64,000 nt of DNA, taken from the NCBI GenBank assembly GCA_903822075.1, contig CAIJNK010000021.1:13112-77111 (forward strand), given 5' to 3'. Every line of letters begins with the position of its first letter. The stretch's first letter is position 1. This document shows, one piece after another, positions 56,566-64,000 of this stretch. Source of the stretch: an uncultured bacterium (GTDB lineage: Bacteria; Patescibacteriota; Minisyncoccia; Phycocordibacterales; GWA1-40-21). The translations under genes were made by a program, and so were the position numbers. A model generated the notes under the pieces. It made no database searches. It was not told the DNA's origin and worked only from the letters and a program-made list of their open reading frames with translations.

Positions 56566-58758
56566 ATGCAATTCACAGACTTGATAGAAAAACACTTTCG
56601 TCTGCAAGATAGCCAAAAAAAGGCCCTGAAAAAGATAGGTTTAAAGACCATTGAAGATTTGCTGTATCATTTCCCGACCCGTTACGGTGACACATCAGAA
56701 ATGAAAAATATAAGTAGTCTGATTGCTGGCGAAACAGCGGTAATTTTCGGCCGAATAAATGGACTCAAAACCGGCAAGGCTTTTATAAAAAGAACCCCCA
56801 TTTCCGAAGGCGTGATTGAAGATGAAACGGGAAAAATAAAATGCATCTGGTTTCACCAGCCTTATATTGCCAAGATGGTTCAAGATGGCGCACTTGTTCG
56901 AGTGGAAGGAAAAGTTTCTGACCGCAAAGGCGTGTTGGGCATGATGAACCCCAAAATTGAAGTGGTTGGCAAACTACCCACCGGCGTGGGCGACTCTTTA
57001 TTCGGTGAGGAAGGCGAAGCGCATTCCCTTTACCCCGTTTATCCGGAAAGCCAGGGTATCACCTCCAACTGGTTTTATCACGCCGTCCAAAAAATCCTAG
57101 GCAGCGGGATTTTGGATAATTTGTTGGATTCCATTCCTGATTATATTTTAAAAACCTACAACCTCCCCTCTTTAACGACGGCCTTGGTTTGGATTCACGC
57201 CCCGCTTAAAAAAGAACATGCCGTCTCCGCCCGCAAGCGGTTTGCCTTCGAGGAAGTTTTTTATATTCAACTGCAAAAAAAGAAAGATCGATTACTTTGG
57301 CAGAAAGAACCAGCTTTTGTGATTGAAAAAACACCGGCGGAAATTGAACAGTTTGTAAAAAGATTTCCTTTCACTGCCACTGAAGCCCAGAAAAAAGCGA
57401 TTGAGGCTATTATGACGGACTTCCGAAGTGGACACGCCATGTCTCGCCTGCTTGAAGGTGATGTGGGTTCGGGTAAAACAGCCGTGGCTGCTTCCACTGC
57501 CTATTCTATAATTACTTCTCATCCGAAAGGCCAGGATTTTGGAAACCTGCAGGTGACCTATATGGCGCCGACGGAAATTTTGGCCAAACAACATTTTGAA
57601 AGTTTCATCCAGTATTTTACTTATTTAAATATAAATATCGGTTTGATTACCGGTAAAGAATGCCGAAAGTTCCCATCCAAAACCAATCCGAAAGAGTGGA
57701 CGCATATTTCTAAGCCGCAACTTTTAAAATGGGTGGAAAATGGCGAAATTCCGATTCTTATCGGCACGCATGCCCTCATTCAGAAAAATGTAAAATTCAA
57801 ACATTTAGCTTATGTGATTATTGACGAACAACACCGCTTCGGAACGGCGCAAAGGCAAAAGCTAGCCCAAAAACCAACCGATCTTAAAAAAACAGATAAA
57901 CCAAATATTAATCCTCATCTCTTGAGCATGACCGCCACACCCATTCCCCGCACTTTAGCTCTGACAATTTATGGAGACTTAGATTTAACTTTGCTTGACC
58001 AGATGCCTACGGGCCGAAAACCGATTATCACGGAAATTGTATTACCAGGTGAGCGAGAAAATACTTACACCAAAATAAAAAAAGAACTTATTGCCGGGCG
58101 ACAGCTATATGTCATCTGCCCGCGCATAGATGAGCCGGACCCCACCAAGGAAATGGCGGTCATTGCCAAAAGTGTGACCGAGGAAGCCGAGCGTTTGGAA
58201 CGTGATGTGTTTCCAGAATATAAAGATAAAATTGGCATTCTGCACAGTAAAATGTTACCGGCAGACAAGGAGTATGTCATGCAAGAATTCAAGGATGGAA
58301 AAATAAAAATCCTCGTCGCCACCTCGGTAGTGGAAGTGGGTGTGAACGTGCCAAACGCCACCGTGATTATCATTGAAGGCGCCGAACGTTTCGGCCTCGC
58401 TCAGCTGCATCAGCTTCGCGGCCGAGTTATCCGTAGTAACGACCAAGCTTACTGTTATATTTTTGCCGATTCCAAAACCCAGAAAACCGTTGACCGCTTG
58501 AAAGCTTTCAAAAATTCCTCAAATGGTTTTGAACTGGCTGAATTTGATTTGAAACTTCGAGGCCCGGGTGAACTGTCAGGCAATAGACAGTGGGGCATCT
58601 CCGACATCGGTATGGAAGCCCTCCGCAACCTCAAGATGGTGGAAGCGGCTCGCACCGAAGCCGAATATCTCCTCACCCAAGATGAAACTCTCTCTTCCTT
58701 CCCTCTTCTCATCACAAAACTCACCCACCGCAAGGAGGATGAGATTCATTTTGAGTAA
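56566..58758 (+). CDS. recG: ATP-dependent DNA helicase RecG
   Basis: GDVGSGKT, MAPTEILA, DEQHRFG, MTATPIPRTL, QLHQLRGRV. Confidence 0.97.
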   Translation: MQFTDLIEKHFRLQDSQKKALKKIGLKTIEDLLYHFPTRYGDTSEMKNISSLIAGETAVIFGRINGLKTGKAFIKRTPISEGVIEDETGKIKCIWFHQPYIAKMVQDGALVRVEGKVSDRKGVLGMMNPKIEVVGKLPTGVGDSLFGEEGEAHSLYPVYPESQGITSNWFYHAVQKILGSGILDNLLDSIPDYILKTYNLPSLTTALVWIHAPLKKEHAVSARKRFAFEEVFYIQLQKKKDRLLWQKEPAFVIEKTPAEIEQFVKRFPFTATEAQKKAIEAIMTDFRSGHAMSRLLEGDVGSGKTAVAASTAYSIITSHPKGQDFGNLQVTYMAPTEILAKQHFESFIQYFTYLNINIGLITGKECRKFPSKTNPKEWTHISKPQLLKWVENGEIPILIGTHALIQKNVKFKHLAYVIIDEQHRFGTAQRQKLAQKPTDLKKTDKPNINPHLLSMTATPIPRTLALTIYGDLDLTLLDQMPTGRKPIITEIVLPGERENTYTKIKKELIAGRQLYVICPRIDEPDPTKEMAVIAKSVTEEAERLERDVFPEYKDKIGILHSKMLPADKEYVMQEFKDGKIKILVATSVVEVGVNVPNATVIIIEGAERFGLAQLHQLRGRVIRSNDQAYCYIFADSKTQKTVDRLKAFKNSSNGFELAEFDLKLRGPGELSGNRQWGISDIGMEALRNLKMVEAARTEAEYLLTQDETLSSFPLLITKLTHRKEDEIHFE

Positions 58759-58761
58759 GAT

Positions 58762-59100
58762 CTAACCAAATCTAAACAAGAGTATCAAAGCGATAATTCC
58801 ATTTATGATACCGACGGTCTCGATCAGACTTATCTTCTCCTTGAAAAAAAGAACACTTATGAACGACAAAAATAATATGCAACCCACACCATAAAATACC
58901 CCAAGGGTAGATAATTTCATATGACGCATGACAAAAAACCAACCGATACCGGTGATTCCATACAAGAGGGAGCCGAGCAGCAACAATCTCCACCCGGAAA
59001 ATGAACTTGCCAGAGAAGAGGTTTTTATCAAGCTATCACCGATTACGGTAATGATGATCATTACAAAACCGATTACGTAAGGCATTATAGTATTAAGCAT
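58762..59100 (-). CDS. SMR/DMT-family 4-TM protein
   Basis: Four TM helices, FFKEKIS..GI. Confidence 0.75.
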   Translation of the reverse strand: MLNTIMPYVIGFVMIIITVIGDSLIKTSSLASSFSGWRLLLLGSLLYGITGIGWFFVMRHMKLSTLGVFYGVGCILFLSFISVLFFKEKISLIETVGIINGIIALILLFRFG

Positions 59101-59125
59101 TTTTATTATATTTAATTGATTAAAT

Positions 59126-59449
59126 TTACCTGATAAGATACAACGACACCACCGCCAAAACGATACCGATTATTTGCTTTACGGAAAGCGGTTCGTGGAA
59201 ATAAAAATAAGTAAAAATACTTAAAATAAGAGTATTAAGCAAGATTTGAGTAATACCGGCCACCACAATATTTACATCAAACTTGTAGCTCTCCACCAGA
59301 AGCAAGGAGCCGATTAAATAGGCAATGACACCAAATAAATAGAGCAAAGAGTAACCCATCCCTTTAGTGGCCCAGGACTTAAAAATCAAATCACCAACCG
59401 TGATAACCATACCGCTGATAAATAATATGACGAAAGGAAAATAATTCAT
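59126..59449 (-). CDS. SMR/DMT-family 4-TM protein (paired)
   Basis: Four TM helices, YFHEPLS..IGI. Confidence 0.75.
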   Translation of the reverse strand: MNYFPFVILFISGMVITVGDLIFKSWATKGMGYSLLYLFGVIAYLIGSLLLVESYKFDVNIVVAGITQILLNTLILSIFTYFYFHEPLSVKQIIGIVLAVVSLYLIR

Positions 59450-59477
59450 TAATCCGAATATTTTAGCATTTATTATG

Positions 59478-59550
59478 TGCGCGTGCTAGGACTCGAACCT
59501 AGGACCACCGAGGTATAAGCTCGGCGCTCTACCAACTGAGCTACACGCGC
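59478..59550 (-). tRNA. tRNA-Ile(TAT)
   Basis: Acceptor gcgcgtg/cacgcgc, anticodon arm ccgag-ctTATac-ctcgg, canonical D and T arms, A73. Confidence 0.9.
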
Positions 59551-59666
59551 ATCTGTCTACATGCGTTATCCACCAAAACGGCATACACTCACATATCCAA
59601 AACAAATACTAACTTAAAAAACCACTTTCCGCAATCATGAGAAAATGGTTTTTTACGATTAACTTT

Positions 59667-61643
59667 CTACCCCTGATGTTCGATATCTTGTTTCTTTTTG
59701 GGGATGATGCCGTGAGCGATGATTATTTTTTCATATTCTTCGCGCTCGATGGTTTCGATTTCCATCAATCGGGCGGCGATGGCATCCAAAGCTTTGCGGT
59801 GAGTTTTAATAATTTCTTCCGCCTTGGTGCGGGAATTGGTCATAATTTCAGACACTTCCGAATCAATCAAGGCGCTGACTTTCTCCGAATATTCTTTGCT
59901 GTCACTCACGCCGCGGCTGCCAAACAAAGTGGCTCCGCCAGTACCTTCCAAAGCCAGGGCGCCAATCTTGTCCGACATACCATATTTGGTCACCATTTCT
60001 CGGGCCAAAGCCGTTGAGACCTGCAAATCGTTTGACGGACCGGTAGTCACATCATCCATAATCATTTTTTCCGTCACATAACCGGCAAGCGCCACCGTGA
60101 TGTCATCCAGGAATTCTTTCTTGCTCTGCATTTTGCGGTCCTCCAAAGGCAACTTCAAAGTATAGCCGGCGGCGCGCCCGCGGGAAATAATGGAAATCTT
60201 GTGTACCGGATCCGCATAAGGCAAGACCGAAGCCACCACGGCGTGACCGGCCTCATGATAAGCGGTTAGTTCTTTTTCTTTCTTGGACAACAAGTGTGAT
60301 TTTCTTTCCGGTCCGAGCATTACTTTTTCAATCGAGCGGATCAAATCAAACTGTGCCACTTTGGTTCGATTTTCACGGGCGGCCAAAATAGCAGCTTCAT
60401 TCATCAAGGAATACAAATCGGCGCCGGAAAAACCGGGAGTTCGCTCCGCAATCACTTTCAAATTCACATCTTCAGCAAACGGTTTTTCTTTGGCATGAAC
60501 AAAAAGAATAGCTTCGCGGTCAGAGCGGTCTGGTAAATCAATCACCACTCGCCGATCAAAACGGCCTGGCCGAAGCAAAGCCGGATCAAGCACGTCTGGC
60601 CGGTTCGTGGCCGCCATCACAATCACTTTTTCATTGGGTTCAAAACCATCCATCTCCACCAAAATCTGGTTCAGGGTTTGCTCACGTTCGTCATTCCCCC
60701 CACCCATACCCGCGCCACGCACTCGCCCCACAGCATCGATTTCATCCACAAAAATAATGGCCGGGGCCATATCCTTGGCCATCTTAAATAAATCACGCAC
60801 ACGAGAAGCACCAACACCCACAAACATTTCCACAAATTCCGAACCAGAAATGGAGAAGAAAGCCACCCCCGCTTCCCCAGCCACCGCTCGAGCCAGCAAA
60901 GTTTTTCCGGTTCCCGGCGCCCCCATCAGTAATATTCCTTTGGGAATTCGCGCCCCGATTTCCAAAAACTTTTTCGGATTTTTCAAAAAGTCCACCACCT
61001 CAGACAGTTCTTCCTTGGCTTCCTTGGCGCCCGCCACATCCTTGAAAGTAATTTTCTGCGTTTTGTCATTGGGCAAGCTCATACGCGCCTTGCTTTGGCC
61101 AAAAGTGAAAGCCTGCATACCAGCACCTTTTACCTGCCTGGTCAAAAACCAAATGAAGAAACCGATAAAAATAAGTGGAATCAAGAACGGACCCAGAAGT
61201 AAAAACCAGTAAATCAAACCACTCTCACTTTGGATATTTATTTTTACCGTTTCCAACTTTGAAGAGTTCACGCCATAATTAAATAAAGTTTGACTCAAGG
61301 CAGTGCCGTCTTCCTTTTGTGATTTCTTGATTACCTCGGCTGTGCTGGAACCAACCTTCTTATAAGTAACGCTTAAATCATTACCTGAAACGTCTATCTG
61401 CTGGACCAGACCAGCGGAAACATCAGAAGCCAACTGCGAGACTGGAATAGTTTCAGAACTATTGTTCCCACTGTTAATGATAGAGTATAGGGAAACAACA
61501 ATCAGTAAAATAAGAATGATATTTATTATATTGGAAAAAAGTGAATTCCGGCCAAAAAATCCTGGTATCATCCCTCCGCCCTTTTTACCGCCTCCAGCCT
61601 TTTTTGGAGCCATTCCGGGCCCTTTTTTATTTAATAGTTGCAT
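59667..61643 (-). CDS. ftsH: ATP-dependent zinc metalloprotease FtsH
   Basis: Two TMs, [27 protein letters not shown]; start uncertain. Confidence 0.97.
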   Translation of the reverse strand: MQLLNKKGPGMAPKKAGGGKKGGGMIPGFFGRNSLFSNIINIILILLIVVSLYSIINSGNNSSETIPVSQLASDVSAGLVQQIDVSGNDLSVTYKKVGSSTAEVIKKSQKEDGTALSQTLFNYGVNSSKLETVKINIQSESGLIYWFLLLGPFLIPLIFIGFFIWFLTRQVKGAGMQAFTFGQSKARMSLPNDKTQKITFKDVAGAKEAKEELSEVVDFLKNPKKFLEIGARIPKGILLMGAPGTGKTLLARAVAGEAGVAFFSISGSEFVEMFVGVGASRVRDLFKMAKDMAPAIIFVDEIDAVGRVRGAGMGGGNDEREQTLNQILVEMDGFEPNEKVIVMAATNRPDVLDPALLRPGRFDRRVVIDLPDRSDREAILFVHAKEKPFAEDVNLKVIAERTPGFSGADLYSLMNEAAILAARENRTKVAQFDLIRSIEKVMLGPERKSHLLSKKEKELTAYHEAGHAVVASVLPYADPVHKISIISRGRAAGYTLKLPLEDRKMQSKKEFLDDITVALAGYVTEKMIMDDVTTGPSNDLQVSTALAREMVTKYGMSDKIGALALEGTGGATLFGSRGVSDSKEYSEKVSALIDSEVSEIMTNSRTKAEEIIKTHRKALDAIAARLMEIETIEREEYEKIIIAHGIIPKKKQDIEHQG

Positions 61644-61750
61644 ATGAAGATAATAACACATTTATTAAATAGTTCAACTACTGACTGATATAAATGAGGA
61701 ACACCACCTCTGCCCTTCTTTTATTATTTTTTTCTGTTATCATACTTCTC

Positions 61751-62200
61751 ATGGCTGAAAGTCTAATCCAAAATAAAAAAGTGTTTTTCAATTATGAAAT
61801 CACGGAAAAGTTTACCGCCGGGATCGAGCTTTTGGGTTTTGAAGTGAAAAGCGTCCGAGAAAAGAAAGGCCAGCTGGAAAGTGCTTATATCACTATTCGT
61901 GGCGGCGAAGCGTATCTTATTGGCTCCAATATTCCCGCCTATCAGCCCAAAAATGCCCCCGTGGATTTTGATCCGCTTCGAAACAGGAAGCTTCTGTTGA
62001 CCAAAAAAGAGATTAAACATCTGGCGGATATTGAAGGCAAGAAAGGCTTGACAATAGTGGCTATAGCAATGTATAATGGTGGTAGAAAGCTCAAGCTGGA
62101 AATAGGTATTGCCAAAGGTAAAAAGAGCTTTGATAAAAGAGAGACCATAAAGAAGAGAGAGACAGATAGAGAAATTCGCAGAACCTTGAAAAACGAATAG
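61751..62200 (+). CDS. smpB: SsrA-binding protein
   Basis: NKKVFFNY, AGIEL.GFEVKS, RKLLL, GKKSFDKRETIK. Confidence 0.96.
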   Translation: MAESLIQNKKVFFNYEITEKFTAGIELLGFEVKSVREKKGQLESAYITIRGGEAYLIGSNIPAYQPKNAPVDFDPLRNRKLLLTKKEIKHLADIEGKKGLTIVAIAMYNGGRKLKLEIGIAKGKKSFDKRETIKKRETDREIRRTLKNE

Positions 62201-62204
62201 TAAT

Positions 62205-62628
62205 GGGGATGATCGGCCTAGACATCTGATCTGTCCTTGATTGCGCAAAGTGGTGCATTATTATACACACCTAAAATGTTAATAAACAAACAACTGCTAA
62301 TAGCATTGTTTCAAGAGTAAAGTCTGTTGTGTCCCCATATTTTGCGGCCAACTCCTTTGCTTTCGCTTACGTAGCTTAATCTTACGATTAACGCCTAAGC
62401 GGCATCCATCTTGTCCATATCTAATAAACAAGCGTGGGTGACATAAAATTAGATTATATTGCCAGAATGTCTCGACTGGTGATGAAATAAGGGGCTAGGT
62501 TAATAATCATTTTGTTAATTCTAAAATTATTAACTCAACTCTGCTTCACGGCAGAAATAAATTGACTAAACTTTGTAGAAGCAATTAGGATACTCTTATG
62601 CACGCGGGTTCGATTCCCGCCATCTCCA
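62205..62628 (+). ncRNA. ssrA: tmRNA
   Basis: 5' ggggatg pairs with catctcc (G3-U), T-arm gcgggttcgattcccgc, internal tag ORF at 62296-62379, 4 nt after smpB. Confidence 0.93.
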
Positions 62629-62634
62629 CATTTC

Positions 62635-62670
62635 AAAAATCCGCTCGCCTTCCCAGGTGGGCGATTTTTG
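62635..62670 (+). terminator. Terminator after ssrA
   Basis: aaaaatc-cgctcgcct/aggtgggcg-attttt. Confidence 0.7.
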
Positions 62671-62740
62671 TTACCTAAAAATAGTTGATTTTATCTTAAA
62701 AATATATAGACTGTATTCAGACAACAAAGGAGGCATCGAT

Positions 62741-62893
62741 ATGAGTACATCACGGGGAAACGAAAAGCGTCGACGAACCGGAAAAGGAAATTGGGTATCA
62801 CGAAATGTAGCCGAAACGGCCAGAAACAAAAAGTCGGCCCTTTCACTTGCCACAAATCAAACGTTCGTCAGACGAGGTTTGAGGAGGTCGTGA
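62741..62893 (+). CDS. Small basic protein (50 aa)
   Basis: Strong SD aaaggagg; MSTSRGNEKRRRTGK...; followed by a terminator at 62912-62960. Confidence 0.6.
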   Translation: MSTSRGNEKRRRTGKGNWVSRNVAETARNKKSALSLATNQTFVRRGLRRS

Positions 62894-63213
62894 ATCCAAT
62901 CCAAAATCAGGCAACCCACCGACCGAAGGCCCCACGTCTTCCATTGGTGGGTTCTTTTTTATATATTAATTCGGTCATCTTCATTCTTAATCTATCCTCT
63001 TAACATTCTTCACTTGATTTTAACCCCCAACAAAGTAGAATACAGTGATTATGGCTGAAAAACCTGAAGGACAAAAAGACAATAACCCAAAAAACTCAAG
63101 TAAAAATTGAGTTTTTTGCTAATCTAAATGTGCTTGACTTTTAACATAAGGCATGCTATTCTTTGAGGTAGACAAGAAGCTGATAAAGATCAGTAAACAA
63201 ACGGAAGGATTTT

Positions 63214-63495
63214 ATGGCCAATACGAGCAAAAAAGCGAAAGATTACGTTCATGAAATGTCCGAAGTCGATCGACATGCCTTCAATGGGCGTCGTCACAGT
63301 TTTCTCAGCTTGATATTTGCAGGAGTAAATGAGGATTCGGTTCTGAGCGGCCTGCAACAAAACCTGTGCAACAAGCGCATCAGCGGAGTCAATATCGCAA
63401 CTGGCTCGGAGGAATACCTGGCCGAAGTGGCGATGAGTATCGCCGGCTTCATGAACACCTGTCACGAGACGAGAGAAACGGGGAGACATGTATGA
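63214..63495 (+). CDS. Hypothetical protein
   Basis: TTGACT-17-TATTCT promoter at 63135, SD ggaagga. Confidence 0.6.
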   Translation: MANTSKKAKDYVHEMSEVDRHAFNGRRHSFLSLIFAGVNEDSVLSGLQQNLCNKRISGVNIATGSEEYLAEVAMSIAGFMNTCHETRETGRHV

Positions 63496-63758
63496 CTTAC
63501 GAACAGCAACTCAAAGTACTTATCGTTGCGGCGCGCAGTTCGGGGCTGTCAGTGAAGGCTATCGCTTTCATTCAGAAAGCCGGGGGAAAAGTTCAAGCTG
63601 CCAATAGTCAGACGACCGACGCAACCATGGACGACCTCACAGAGAAAGTCTATCGCGAAATCAACAACGATGATGAGGAGAAAGAATCACTTCATCGTCG
63701 GGATCCTGGAGAAAGTAATTGGGGTGATGAGGCCTCGCTATTCATCCAGACTTACTGA
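63492..63758 (+). CDS. Hypothetical protein
   Basis: ATGA overlap with the upstream ORF, SD gggag; MTYEQQLKVL... Confidence 0.55.
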   Translation: MTYEQQLKVLIVAARSSGLSVKAIAFIQKAGGKVQAANSQTTDATMDDLTEKVYREINNDDEEKESLHRRDPGESNWGDEASLFIQTY

Positions 63759-63889
63759 TCAAAGGTCTCAAAGATAGTCGGAGTGACCACAAGCAACTGC
63801 GCTTGTGGTCTTTTATTTCCAAGAACTTGACTTTTAATAACAGTAGGGTCATTATATTTCCAGAAAAGGAATTCAGAAGGAGGTCTTTA

Positions 63890-64000
63890 ATGACACAAGA
63901 CACGGAAGAACCAAAAACAGATGATCCGATAAAATTCATCGAGGAAGTGTGCGAATTACGAAGTAATGCCCGGTGGCTAGCCACGCTCGTGGCTATCTTC
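63890..64000 (+). CDS. Hypothetical protein, 3'-truncated by the window
   Basis: SD aggagg, upstream TTGACT promoter, open to the window end. Confidence 0.55.
   Translation, partial: MTQDTEEPKTDDPIKFIEEVCELRSNARWLATLVAIF

Noticed and set aside
1-64000. CRISPR array, rRNA, IS transposase, integrase, prophage structural genes, alternative genetic code
   Set aside because: No regularly spaced repeats or recognisable motifs. Conserved genes are intact under code 11, and several end in TGA.

Overview
This looks like a chromosomal segment of a small-genome Patescibacteria/CPR bacterium, probably Parcubacteria-like, using code 11. The taxonomy is inferred from gene content: a type IV pilus locus with no secretin in it, a shortened RF2, tRNA-Ile(UAU) and a long tmRNA tag. 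Core genes are ftsEX, prfB, gatAC, ligA, a 13-kb type IV pilus/competence cluster (pilMNO-pilB-pilT-pilC, pilins, pilD, comF), recG, ftsH, smpB-ssrA, dinB and 8 tRNAs. Many single-gene accessory units with their own promoter and terminator lie between them. The most notable items are: (i) a cytidine-deaminase/nucleotidyltransferase fusion paired with an HD hydrolase beside tRNA-Gln; (ii) an AT-rich MazG + GIY-YIG/DUF2075 helicase/LexA-type S24 fusion + SRA-HNH operon, a candidate SOS-triggered defence system; (iii) a PilX-like minor pilin with a C-type-lectin (DUF1566-like) tip and a Cys module shared with a surface protein 16 kb away; (iv) a structured element between two tRNA-Thr genes that is antisense to the tRNA T-arm; (v) widespread leaderless-type promoter architecture. 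No CRISPR array, rRNA, transposase, integrase or reverse transcriptase was recognised. All family assignments are from motifs read by eye, not database searches.
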